This document shows, one piece after another, positions 8,080 to 17,657 of a DNA stretch of 64,000 nucleotides (the stretch's first letter is position 1; each line of letters opens with the position of its first letter). The translations under genes and the position numbers were made by a program. The stretch is from the IMG/VR virus record IMGVR_UViG_3300030104_006170. One strand, 5' to 3'. A model generated the notes under the pieces. That model made no database searches. It was given only the letters and a program-made list of their open reading frames with translations, and had not been told where the DNA came from. Origin of the DNA: a virus. Its lineage: Duplodnaviria > Caudoviricetes.

Positions 8080-10292
8080 GTTGTTAATCTACTAATTAAT
8101 TCTTGTTTTTCATAATCACTTAACTTATCTATGTGTTGTCTATATTCAATATAGTCACGTACTACATCTTCTACCGATTTATCCTCCATTTTAGCTCTTC
8201 TTTCAAAACCTGCTTTTTGTGCACCTAACTCATAGTCTTGAGTGTAGTACTCAAAAGGTGTTAAATTTAAACTTTTTTGTGTTAAGTCTTCATCCGGTAA
8301 ATCTGGTCTTTCTGTGTCTAGTTCTTGGAGGATGTGTTCTATTTCATGTCTTACATATTCGGATAATACAATATATAAACTTTCATAGTGTTTTTCGTTG
8401 AATGTTGGTGATAGTGTTATGTCTACGTATATAGTATCGTCGAACTCCCCTCCCATGTACGCGTCTACAATAAAATTGTCTTCTTCTGGATTTTCTAAAA
8501 TATTTAACTCTAGATTAAACTTAAGTTCTCCGTATTCGTACTCATCACCGTCAATATCACTATAATAGTCCGGTAACAAAACTATTTCATCACCACCTTC
8601 AAAAAGTTTTACTACTTCAAAAATATCTTTAACGACATCGGTAGTTGCTTTTTCTGCAATCCTAGCCATGTAAACTTCTTCATGTAATTTACTTTCATTA
8701 AGTTTTCTATTATTAATGATGTTTAGTTCTAAAATAGATTTATATTGATTTAGGTTTTTAGTATCAACGTTTTCTAACGATTTGGTGAGTGGTATGTTTA
8801 ACCACTTTATTTTGTTTTCTTGTTCCACTAACCATTTAAGGTTTTTATTGTCCAAACTTTCATCAATTAAACTTAACTTACCTATTCTTTCATCTGTAAT
8901 GACTCTACTATCTTTAAATCTTTCACTTAATACTTTTCCTACCCACACACCTTCTTCTACAATATCATCTTCAAGTTCATCATCAATCATTTTATCTGTT
9001 CTTATTTTTTTTAATCTTAAAACTAAAGAGTTGAATAAGTTTTTAATGTAGAATATCCCCACCGATACCAAAGCACCTTTTAAATAAGAAGAAATTGCTC
9101 CGATATCAAAACCAACCTCACCTATTATTCTATTGGTGATATCTAATATAGGTACCAGTAAGAATGTATACCCTAGAAGTTCAGCTAAAGATGATACAGT
9201 AAATCCAGCTTTCTCAACTACTTTTAATGATATATTTTCAAAATCTTTTAATAGTTCTACCACTTTATTTACATAGCCACCTAAACCTCTACCCTTAACT
9301 TCTTCTCTCAGTCTTTGAATATCTTTTATTGTATTAATACTTAGGTAAGATAATGCGGATAAAAATATTAAGATTATTTCTCCTTCACTTAGTGTTGGGT
9401 ATTGTCCTTCTAGTAGTTCTTTAACGAACCCAAACATCCCACTAATTCCAAAACCAAATGTTCCTACGAATTGTAGTTGTACTCCCATGTCTGAAAGTGT
9501 TTTTTGGAACATGGATTTTGTAGGTTCTTGTTCTGGGTATTGTTCCTCTAGTCTATCAGGAGCGTCCATAGCTATTGCCTCTGCATCCATCATATTTTCC
9601 CAATCTCCTATTGGGTTTTGTATTCTTGGTTCGCCTTCTTCATTGTAATCAGAAGTACCAGTATCAGTTAATTTAATTGGTGTTAATTTGTATGGTTCTA
9701 TAATTTTACTTACTGGAACTCCAGCACTTTCTAATTTTTTCATAAAGTTATAGAGTGTGTAGTAATCTTGTTTTAAGGTACCACCGGTTTTGTTTATTTG
9801 TTCATGGTCTGGTGATGGTGGAAACTCGTCCATACATTTTCCTTCACAGTTAGGGTCAACACCATTTTCACCACAATAACATCTAAATTCCTCTACTATA
9901 TCATATAACACATCAAATAGTAGGATTGAGTGAATCCAATCTAAGTTTGTGTTATCTAATATTTCTAATTGGTCATTAAGTGTTGGTAGTCCAGTTTCGT
10001 CTACTACTCGTTTTACTTTTTCATCAGAATCTAGGTCTAGAGCATCATAATTAAATATGTCAGACCAAGCTACACTAGAATCTAAAAGTCCTAATTTTTT
10101 TCCTTCATGAACACCTATTGCTAGATAATCTAAAGCCTGTTCAAAGTTAGAACTGGGTCTACTGAAACCTTCTCCATATGCTGAGGGGTGATAAGTATTG
10201 TATAGGTCACTATATAACTGACGACCATACTTAGGCCAAAAATCTCTCATGTACCTATTAACTAAATCTATATTGATTGAATTCTCCATCAA
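8076..10292 (-). CDS. Large acidic multidomain protein with a central hydrophobic segment and a C-terminal HExxH zincin-like domain
   Basis: 738 aa; VRHEIEH motif; hydrophobic helices around aa 270-420; TATTTAT upstream. Confidence 0.65.
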   Translation of the reverse strand: MMENSINIDLVNRYMRDFWPKYGRQLYSDLYNTYHPSAYGEGFSRPSSNFEQALDYLAIGVHEGKKLGLLDSSVAWSDIFNYDALDLDSDEKVKRVVDETGLPTLNDQLEILDNTNLDWIHSILLFDVLYDIVEEFRCYCGENGVDPNCEGKCMDEFPPSPDHEQINKTGGTLKQDYYTLYNFMKKLESAGVPVSKIIEPYKLTPIKLTDTGTSDYNEEGEPRIQNPIGDWENMMDAEAIAMDAPDRLEEQYPEQEPTKSMFQKTLSDMGVQLQFVGTFGFGISGMFGFVKELLEGQYPTLSEGEIILIFLSALSYLSINTIKDIQRLREEVKGRGLGGYVNKVVELLKDFENISLKVVEKAGFTVSSLAELLGYTFLLVPILDITNRIIGEVGFDIGAISSYLKGALVSVGIFYIKNLFNSLVLRLKKIRTDKMIDDELEDDIVEEGVWVGKVLSERFKDSRVITDERIGKLSLIDESLDNKNLKWLVEQENKIKWLNIPLTKSLENVDTKNLNQYKSILELNIINNRKLNESKLHEEVYMARIAEKATTDVVKDIFEVVKLFEGGDEIVLLPDYYSDIDGDEYEYGELKFNLELNILENPEEDNFIVDAYMGGEFDDTIYVDITLSPTFNEKHYESLYIVLSEYVRHEIEHILQELDTERPDLPDEDLTQKSLNLTPFEYYTQDYELGAQKAGFERRAKMEDKSVEDVVRDYIEYRQHIDKLSDYEKQELISRLTT

Positions 10293-10310
10293 ATATAAAT
10301 ATCTGGTGGT

Positions 10311-10604
10311 TTAGTAAGTATGTGCGTTGTTATTAATCTCTTCAACTATCTGGTCAAAACATTCCTGGACCTCGTCAAAGTGAATGTCTGGGGTTAATAA
10401 TTTTGCGGTATCTAAATGGTCGTCCACTATAATAACAGTAGGCACAAATTCAATATCTAATGTTTTACACATTTCATCCCATTCTTTTTCATTTTCGTCT
10501 ACATCAGTAACTTCATAAGGAAGTGGATAATTATCTAACATTTGTTTTAGTTCTGTACAATAAGGACAGTCTTTTGTGGAATATACGTGAATTTTTTTTG
10601 TCAT
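10311..10604 (-). CDS. Glutaredoxin-like protein
   Basis: CPYC active site and a downstream FVPT (cis-Pro) motif. Confidence 0.85.
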   Translation of the reverse strand: MTKKIHVYSTKDCPYCTELKQMLDNYPLPYEVTDVDENEKEWDEMCKTLDIEFVPTVIIVDDHLDTAKLLTPDIHFDEVQECFDQIVEEINNNAHTY

Positions 10605-10605
10605 T

Positions 10606-11658
10606 TTAAAAACCTATTTTAGTTTTTTTATTATTATCGATACCTAGGTTATCCTCATAATTATATATATCAGATAAGGGCATCGGTAGAGATGTTTTAT
10701 GGTCTATATTTAATGATTTAAGTAATTTATTACTTTTGTCAACAGATAAGTTATCAAATTTATATTCTGCTATAAGTCTACCTTTTCTAAGTAGAGCTTC
10801 GTCAATTAATTGTCTATCAGTATTAAATGTCGCTACAATCTGTGTTTTTAAACAATCGCCCAAAATACCGTCACTTAAATTGAGTAGGTTAGACACCGCT
10901 GTTTCATTACCATTTCCACTTCTATTTTTTACTACCTTTTCAGCGTCTTCAATTATTAGGACCGAGTTTGGGTGTTTCATCATAAAAGGTACAAATTCTG
11001 GTGTAGCTAACATATCTACCATATTGTTGGGTAAAAATATAACTTCTTTACTTATGAGTTTAGTTAAATGACGAATATATGTTGTTTTTCCTGTACCGGG
11101 TTTACCGTGAAGTAAAATGATACCTTTACCGTCTTTTTCATTTAATTTACTAACTATCTTTTTTGAGATTTTCTTAAAACCCTTATTATAATTTTTATCA
11201 ATACTTAACTTATCTTTACCACTGATATCGAACTTTTGGAGTGTAAGTCCGTATTCGTCTTTTACTATCAACCCTACTTTTTTATTAGAGGAACTACTTC
11301 TAAACTCTTCAACATCCTCTAACAAGGTCTCTATTGTACTTCTATTAGTATAATATATTGACATCCAACCTTCTTTTTCTTCCTTAACATTTTCTACCCT
11401 AACTAAAAATTTTTGATGTTGTTTAGAGGAAAATATTTTAGTCGTACCATCGTTATTTTTATCACTAACAATCTCATAGGTTGCTAAATTTTCTAAGTAT
11501 TGGTTTTTAGTTAAATAATTAATCAGTTCTTTATAGTTAAACGAATAATCATATCTTAAACTACTAGGAACCACGTTAAACCGGTCTCTAAAGTATGGTC
11601 CTATTGGGAATTCGTCCGCGTAGGCACCTTCATAATATTGTATTTTTTCTTCTTTCAT
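10606..11658 (-). CDS. AAA+ ATPase (BCS1-like)
   Basis: Walker A GKPGTGKT, Walker B LIIEDAE, SRH ALLRKGRL. Confidence 0.9.
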   Translation of the reverse strand: MKEEKIQYYEGAYADEFPIGPYFRDRFNVVPSSLRYDYSFNYKELINYLTKNQYLENLATYEIVSDKNNDGTTKIFSSKQHQKFLVRVENVKEEKEGWMSIYYTNRSTIETLLEDVEEFRSSSSNKKVGLIVKDEYGLTLQKFDISGKDKLSIDKNYNKGFKKISKKIVSKLNEKDGKGIILLHGKPGTGKTTYIRHLTKLISKEVIFLPNNMVDMLATPEFVPFMMKHPNSVLIIEDAEKVVKNRSGNGNETAVSNLLNLSDGILGDCLKTQIVATFNTDRQLIDEALLRKGRLIAEYKFDNLSVDKSNKLLKSLNIDHKTSLPMPLSDIYNYEDNLGIDNNKKTKIGF

Positions 11659-11666
11659 ATTTTTTA

Positions 11667-13373
11667 TTAAAATGGTAAATCATCCTCAAATCGGTAGTTG
11701 TATCTACCTCTTTTTTCTACATTTTCTAATCTACCTGTAAATTTACATTCTTTAATCACCTGAGTCTTTTTATATAACCCTTCTTTCGATGTTTCTTTTA
11801 TTTTTAAATTTAATACATTAACAAATGGTTGTAAATCCTCTGAGACTGTTTGATTGAATCTAGCTCTACTTTGTACGTTACTCATTATTTTATTTTTACC
11901 TCTAGGGACAAATTCATTAGTTATTCTGTTACCCTTATCATCTCTTAATGAAATAATACAAGTATCTCTATGTTCAATATAAGTCTTAACACAATTACTT
12001 TGTACACTACTTTCATCTCTATATTCATAAGTGTCCCTTAAAACTACTGGTGTCATTGTTTTATTACCAATAGTAATAGGTTGTTGTATGTGGTTTAAAA
12101 AATCTTTATCATAGATATGAGTTATTGATGTGGTATTATTAATCTCATCCACTAAATTTGTCCATTCTTGGTGTTCTTCAACAAACTCGTCATAGTTAGT
12201 GGCTTTAAGTTTAGGGTTTAACCCCTCTGTTTGCAATCTAAATTTTAATCTTCCTAGATGGTCTGAAACTAAATCAGAAATAACATTATTTACATTTTGT
12301 GGTTCAAAATTATAATCAGTTAACAAGGAGTTTAATATTGATACAAAGTTTCTTTTTTCTTTGGGTGTTAGCTCCATATTCATCTGCCATCCCATATTAT
12401 ATTTTTGGGTAAGTAGTTCAGGGTTTAATTCCCTTAATAGGTGTATACCTAAAACTTCTAACATTATCTGATATGATGGTAGTTTAATATCGGTATAGGT
12501 ATTGAATACCTTTATCGCGTACTTAGAGTATATCCCCTCTTCTTTTAATATTGTTTGTATTAGATTGTTTCCTTTCTTTTTTAATTGTTTAATACCTGGA
12601 TAGTTATGTGTAAAATAATGCATCCATTTATCTGGTGTTTTAATACCTCTTACCTTTGTAAACCACATACTAGATAGTTCTAGAATATTTGCAGTTTTGT
12701 TTAGTTTTGCGTTAAATTTAAAATCTTTCCCACATAACTCATTAATAAGTGATTTTTTACATTTAAATAAACCCACACTTATTTTATCTCTTTTATCATA
12801 ATATTGTGGATTCTCAATAAACTTATTTAGGTTGTTGAGTGGCATATTTACACTTAAGTCTATATCAAATAATATTTCTCCTAGATTGAAGTGGTCTTTT
12901 TTCCAGTATTTAAATGGGTTCTTCATTACAGTAGTATTCTTTTTTCTACCAATATACTGTGTTGTGGTTTTATACACATTATTATTAACCAAATCAAATG
13001 TTACATGAACTACTTCTCTTTGCTTCCAAAAATATTTTGCACCACATTTTCTACCTTTAACTGTAAAATATCTACTAATCCTAACTTTTTTAGTTATACC
13101 CTCGTCTACCACTTTTTCTACTACTACAGTAATTCTTTTTAGTTTAGTGTGGACATATGGTGAAAAACATAATTTTTTCCACTCTTCATCATTAAGGTTA
13201 GTGTGTTGTTTTTTAAATTTAAAAACGACTAAATCTGGATTATCTCTGGAACCTACATTAAATAAGTTTGTATTTTTATGGGTTCTACTTCCAGGTAGAA
13301 GAGTATTGAACTTTTCGTATTCTTGGGTCCAATACTCTTCATGTGATAATTTATGTAATACTATGGTTTCCAT
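11667..13373 (-). CDS. PcfJ-like domain protein (probable start METIVLHK at 13373)
   Basis: C-terminal YRDESSVQSNCVKTY..IISLR..QSRARFN PcfJ-like motif; ATG lies directly after the upstream stop (TAA-T-ATG). Confidence 0.65.
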   Translation of the reverse strand: METIVLHKLSHEEYWTQEYEKFNTLLPGSRTHKNTNLFNVGSRDNPDLVVFKFKKQHTNLNDEEWKKLCFSPYVHTKLKRITVVVEKVVDEGITKKVRISRYFTVKGRKCGAKYFWKQREVVHVTFDLVNNNVYKTTTQYIGRKKNTTVMKNPFKYWKKDHFNLGEILFDIDLSVNMPLNNLNKFIENPQYYDKRDKISVGLFKCKKSLINELCGKDFKFNAKLNKTANILELSSMWFTKVRGIKTPDKWMHYFTHNYPGIKQLKKKGNNLIQTILKEEGIYSKYAIKVFNTYTDIKLPSYQIMLEVLGIHLLRELNPELLTQKYNMGWQMNMELTPKEKRNFVSILNSLLTDYNFEPQNVNNVISDLVSDHLGRLKFRLQTEGLNPKLKATNYDEFVEEHQEWTNLVDEINNTTSITHIYDKDFLNHIQQPITIGNKTMTPVVLRDTYEYRDESSVQSNCVKTYIEHRDTCIISLRDDKGNRITNEFVPRGKNKIMSNVQSRARFNQTVSEDLQPFVNVLNLKIKETSKEGLYKKTQVIKECKFTGRLENVEKRGRYNYRFEDDLPF

Positions 13374-13374
13374 A

Positions 13375-14151
13375 TTAGACGTAAGCTTCGGTAAGTTCCC
13401 ATAGTTTTTTGTTAACTTCGATTCTTCTGTCAATATTGACGATTGGTCTTAGTTTTTGCATTTTTTCTTTTTTGTCATTAAACACTAAGCCACCTTTTAT
13501 AAGTTTTTCTTGGACTACATTAAATATTTTCCATAGTTGGTCACCTCTATCTCCTTGTCTTATTGGGGATAATAAATCTTCTACGTTTAAATTTTCATTA
13601 CCTTTTGGGTAACGTGTAAGTAAAGCTTGTGAAGCGAAATCTATCTGTTGGTCGTCACTTAAAGTTACTGAGTTTAATTCTTGTACTTGTGTGATAACTT
13701 TAGGTACCACTTCTAACATACCATCCATAATTTTTCTAATTTCATCAAAACTATACCATTGGTGTTTAATTTTTACCTGTTCAAACGTAGTGTCCGCAAT
13801 AACCAATCCATTAGAACATACCATTCTAAAGAGTCCCGCGTGTAATGTAAAAGCATTTCTACCATCGTGTGAGTTTGTTAATACTACTTCTGGAATTGAG
13901 TCTCCTATTTTACCCACATCACCATTACGTAATCTTATCATATGTTTTGTAAACATAGCATCTTGACTTTTTCTAGATTTTCTTTGTGATGCGTTAAATG
14001 GTTCCCAACCTAATTTTTCCATATCATCTAATACTGTTGCAGTAGAGATAAAAGTGTACTTGTTAGAAACTTTTGGGGATTGTTGACTTGCGAAAGCGGA
14101 TGGGACTAATTCTAGTAGTTCGGTTCTTGTGAGTGAATTGTTATTTTTCAT
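13375..14151 (-). CDS. DUF932/DUF945 family protein
   Basis: TKHMIRLR, LTNSHDGRNAFTLHAGLFRMVCSNGL, WKIFNVVQEKLIKGG. Confidence 0.85.
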   Translation of the reverse strand: MKNNNSLTRTELLELVPSAFASQQSPKVSNKYTFISTATVLDDMEKLGWEPFNASQRKSRKSQDAMFTKHMIRLRNGDVGKIGDSIPEVVLTNSHDGRNAFTLHAGLFRMVCSNGLVIADTTFEQVKIKHQWYSFDEIRKIMDGMLEVVPKVITQVQELNSVTLSDDQQIDFASQALLTRYPKGNENLNVEDLLSPIRQGDRGDQLWKIFNVVQEKLIKGGLVFNDKKEKMQKLRPIVNIDRRIEVNKKLWELTEAYV

Positions 14152-14182
14152 TTATTTTATATATTAGATTAAATTTGTACCA

Positions 14183-14213
14183 CAAAGATAAACAATTATA
14201 ATTAAATAAACAA
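14183..14213 (-). promoter_or_regulatory. Bacteroidota-type primary-sigma promoter
   Basis: Minus strand TTGTTT-N17-TATCTTTG (TAnnTTTG -7 box). Confidence 0.75.
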
Positions 14214-14226
14214 GAAGGGAGTGATT

Positions 14227-14445
14227 TTATTTTTCTTTAGATACTATACTAAGTAATACTAGGATGAGGGATAGAATAAATGAGGAAGAAAAAGATAAGA
14301 TTACAAATAAATTCCTATCTATCATATTGTTGGTTATCAACCACCAAATAGAAAAGAGAGACCAAAGACTAAAGGTCATAAACATTAGAATCATCATAAA
14401 GATAACCCCCCAAGTTAATAATGTTAGTTTAATTTGTTCAAGCAT
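14227..14445 (-). CDS. Small two-TM membrane protein
   Basis: Two hydrophobic stretches. Confidence 0.55.
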   Translation of the reverse strand: MLEQIKLTLLTWGVIFMMILMFMTFSLWSLFSIWWLITNNMIDRNLFVILSFSSSFILSLILVLLSIVSKEK

Positions 14446-14740
14446 TTTCTACTTTAAGTTTTATTTTAATATTATCACCATAAAGAGCTTTTTCTATGTC
14501 TACATTAATTTCATAGTCTTTAACTAAGTTTTTTACTTTATCTACTAACCTTTTGGTGTCATGGTCTTCCCTTAAAATTTCTTTTGCGTAATCATCTGTA
14601 AATTTGTCTCCGGTAGTTGGGTAGGGTGGAACTGTTAAATATATACCATCTTCTTTACAATGTACGTTTACACCTAAATCTTGAGTTTTTAAGTCTTTTT
14701 CTAGTGTAAGTCTAAACCACTTATTTTTGTACCTTTCCAT
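14438..14740 (-). CDS. Hypothetical protein
   Basis: ORF track; overlaps its neighbours as in an operon. Confidence 0.6.
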   Translation of the reverse strand: MERYKNKWFRLTLEKDLKTQDLGVNVHCKEDGIYLTVPPYPTTGDKFTDDYAKEILREDHDTKRLVDKVKNLVKDYEINVDIEKALYGDNIKIKLKVENA

Positions 14741-14867
14741 TTTTAGATTCTTTAGGTGCTGGGTTGTACTCTTTTTTTGTGGTTTTAAGTCTTTCCATCA
14801 TTTGTTTAGACTTATCTAACAAGTCTTTGTTAGTTTGGTGTGTGGTATTTAATTTTCTTTCACTCAT
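14721..14867 (-). CDS. 48-aa basic hypothetical peptide (MSERKLNTTHQ...)
   Basis: Read manually; TTGTCA-N17-TATTAT promoter directly upstream. Confidence 0.5.
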   Translation of the reverse strand: MSERKLNTTHQTNKDLLDKSKQMMERLKTTKKEYNPAPKESKNGKVQK

Positions 14868-14986
14868 AATTTTATTTTAATAATAGTAAATTTTATTGGG
14901 TTTGACAAGTTATTATTTTGAGTCTCTCTGGTGAGCAAAATAACAAATTGCCTTACCTAAGACAAGAGATATGATTATGGTAACTA

Positions 14987-15340
14987 TTAATTCCAAAATA
15001 ATAACTTAATGATAACACCTATTATTGCGGAATAAACAACCCAGAGTGCTTTTGTAACATTCCCTTTCCATGAAACTACATTATCTACCTCCTTTAGTTT
15101 TGGTTGAGTTTCTTTCATGAATTCTGTATTTTTATTTACTTCTACTATAATACCACTATCTGGATTAAATAGTCTTTTTTGAACTGTCCTGATTTCACTT
15201 TTTAAAGCTTTTTGTCCTTCCTCTAAATCTTCTAAAGATTTTTGCATTAAAGCTAGTTCACCGTTAGGTAGACCTCTTTTAATCTCTTGTAGTTCTATTA
15301 AAACTTCATTTAATATTTCAGTTTGTGTTTGTTTAGCCAT
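14987..15340 (-). CDS. Coiled-coil protein with a C-terminal TM anchor (holin-like architecture possible)
   Basis: Heptad region plus terminal ALWVVYSAIIGVIIKLLFW helix. Confidence 0.55.
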   Translation of the reverse strand: MAKQTQTEILNEVLIELQEIKRGLPNGELALMQKSLEDLEEGQKALKSEIRTVQKRLFNPDSGIIVEVNKNTEFMKETQPKLKEVDNVVSWKGNVTKALWVVYSAIIGVIIKLLFWN

Positions 15341-15734
15341 TTTTTACCTCTGTTAATACTTTTTTCTTTCCACCATCATATATGTATGCGTGACCTTCTA
15401 CAATAAGTTGGTTATTTATACATATAGTATTATCATTTTCATCCATGATAAATATTTCTGCCAATACTCTTCCGTACTTTCCAACACCGTAGGATTTTAA
15501 TCTAAAATACCCAGACTTGCTGGATACTTTTTCTAATAATTCTTTATTTCTTTCTTTAGCTGCTAAACCTAATTTTTTTTCCTCTAGATTTCTAGTTCTA
15601 GACTCCCAAGTATCAATTCCTTTGTATCTGATTCTTTTCTTAACCCAAATATCAAAGCCAACATCGATAAGAGCATCAATAGTATCTCCATCAACTACTC
15701 TTTCTAACTTACCTCTGTATATATATTTATCCAT
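15333..15734 (-). CDS. Thermonuclease (SNase) family nuclease
   Basis: RVVDGDTID, RIRYKGIDTWE, GKYGRVLAEI, INNQLIVEGHA. Confidence 0.9.
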   Translation of the reverse strand: MDKYIYRGKLERVVDGDTIDALIDVGFDIWVKKRIRYKGIDTWESRTRNLEEKKLGLAAKERNKELLEKVSSKSGYFRLKSYGVGKYGRVLAEIFIMDENDNTICINNQLIVEGHAYIYDGGKKKVLTEVKNG

Positions 15735-15736
15735 TT

Positions 15737-15895
15737 TTAAAAATAAATTTCAAAACCAAAGTTTACTAACATAAACCTAAGTTGTGTTTTATCAACTTTG
15801 AGTTCTAAAAGGGTTAATGTACCACATCTTAGGGTTAAACTATACTTTTCTTTTTTGTTACCGGCATCAAAACCGTTTATCCAATTGATTCTCAT
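15737..15895 (-). CDS. 52-aa hypothetical protein (MRINWINGFDAGNKKEKY...)
   Basis: Read manually; TATTTAT upstream. Confidence 0.55.
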   Translation of the reverse strand: MRINWINGFDAGNKKEKYSLTLRCGTLTLLELKVDKTQLRFMLVNFGFEIYF

Positions 15896-15957
15896 AATTC
15901 TTTTTTATTATAAATAGTCCTAGATAATATTAAAGGATTTAAATATATTTATTAATA

Positions 15958-16764
15958 ATGAAAGATATGATTACAGAAGACATCCGAAGGATTAAAGAAC
16001 TAATTAGACTAACAGAAGGGGATAATATAGGTCAATATATAGACTCTACTTATTTAAAAACCTCGGACCAAGCAGGTATTAGTGATGATGAGACTACTAG
16101 ATTAGTCTCCAAAACTATTCAAGATGCTATAGACCACAATATGAAGTTAGTTATGATAAGACCTGAATTTGTTAGTTTAGCTGACCAAATGATTAAAGAG
16201 TATGATTCCGACCTTCTAGTTGGGACTGTTATTGGTTTCCCTGGTGGTGATGCTAGTATTAGTGAAAAAATAGGTGAAGCTATGGAAGCTATTAACAATA
16301 ATGTTGACGAATTAGATTTTGTTGTTGACTACAATGCTTTTAAAAATGGTGATTTGGATAAAGTTAAGAATGAGGTTAGTGAAGGTACATCTATAGGGAT
16401 AGATGAGGGTAGAGTGGTGAAATGGATTATAGAGTCTGCAGCGTTAACTTCAGACCAAGTTGCTGAATTAACAAGTTTAATTAGAGATGTCGTTATAGAA
16501 ACAGTTGGGGAACAAAAAGCAAGTGATGTTTTTGTAAAAACTTCCACAGGATTTTACAAACCTGAAGATGGTAGTCCTGGTGGGGCAACTGTAGATGACG
16601 TATCAATAATGTCTATAAATGCAGGTCCATTAAAAGTTAAAGCTTCTGGGGGTATTTATAGTAGAGAAGACCTTGAAAAAATGGTTGATGCTGGAGCTTC
16701 CCGAATAGGTACTTCTGCAGGATTAGAAATAATAAAAGGTGAAAAAGCTAATACAGATTATTAA
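15958..16764 (+). CDS. deoC: Deoxyribose-phosphate aldolase with an N-terminal leader
   Basis: YIDSTYLK, TVIGFPGG, ELDFVV, KWIIE, FVKTSTGF (Schiff-base Lys), VKASGGI, GASRIGTS. Confidence 0.93.
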   Translation: MKDMITEDIRRIKELIRLTEGDNIGQYIDSTYLKTSDQAGISDDETTRLVSKTIQDAIDHNMKLVMIRPEFVSLADQMIKEYDSDLLVGTVIGFPGGDASISEKIGEAMEAINNNVDELDFVVDYNAFKNGDLDKVKNEVSEGTSIGIDEGRVVKWIIESAALTSDQVAELTSLIRDVVIETVGEQKASDVFVKTSTGFYKPEDGSPGGATVDDVSIMSINAGPLKVKASGGIYSREDLEKMVDAGASRIGTSAGLEIIKGEKANTDY

Positions 16765-17657
16765 TGAAAAACTTAATTAGAAAAATTTTAAAAGAAGAAG
16801 TCTTAGATATCACAGACATTCAAGATGAATTACTAATGATGCCTTTAGATGCTCGTCAAAAACTACGTGATGATTTAACCGATACAGTTAGTATGAATGC
16901 TGAAGAAGAATATACGGACATAGACGAACAAATATCCTATAAAGGTATACCAGAAATTAAAGCGAAAACTACAATAGGAAAATTATTAAAGTGGGTTAAA
17001 CGTTATATCACTGATAAAGCAACTAATTTTTTAATTAACGCATCAATGGATGAAATTAAACAGACCATTGATATTTTAGATGTGATGGACCCTACTTCTA
17101 CTGTTGGTATATTCACCCCTAAGGCTATGTATCTTGGTGGGGGAATTGATTTTGCAAAAGACGCTGTTTCTTGGAGGACTCAGGTAGAAGATTTTTATGG
17201 TCCTAGTCATGTTGTAAAGGATGAAAGACTACTTACTCTTGTAACAACAGGGGAACTAAGTTATGAAGGGTTGACTCCACCAGTACTTTTAAACCCTATG
17301 AGAGCAGAAACTGTTAGAGAAGCTGATACAGAATTTAAAGATATGTTTAAAAAATGGAAATCTAACGAATTAACACCAGAAGAATTTAAAATATTTCAAG
17401 AAAAAATAAGGGAACAAATTGTACACCAAGATTTATATATGTTACAAGTATGTGATACTAATCTAATTAACTTTGATGGTACAGCTGGAGCTGGTACATT
17501 TGGTGAAGCTCAGGTGTCAGCACTTAAAAATCAACAAGTATTTTTATGGTTAACTAATGGTATGAAATTATCAAACGTTTCTCCTTGGTTGTTACCTTCG
17601 GTTACTAAGGTTCTTATTGATGATGAATTGTGGCCTTTCTTGGGTAACTTTAAGTAG
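16764..17657 (+). CDS. Nucleoside 2-deoxyribosyltransferase / dNMP N-hydrolase-like protein with an N-terminal extension
   Basis: MYLGGGI..WRTQVE..LLNP..IVHQDLYMLQVCD..GAGTFGE fits the NDT/Rcl/DNPH1 fold pattern. Confidence 0.65.
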   Translation: MKNLIRKILKEEVLDITDIQDELLMMPLDARQKLRDDLTDTVSMNAEEEYTDIDEQISYKGIPEIKAKTTIGKLLKWVKRYITDKATNFLINASMDEIKQTIDILDVMDPTSTVGIFTPKAMYLGGGIDFAKDAVSWRTQVEDFYGPSHVVKDERLLTLVTTGELSYEGLTPPVLLNPMRAETVREADTEFKDMFKKWKSNELTPEEFKIFQEKIREQIVHQDLYMLQVCDTNLINFDGTAGAGTFGEAQVSALKNQQVFLWLTNGMKLSNVSPWLLPSVTKVLIDDELWPFLGNFK

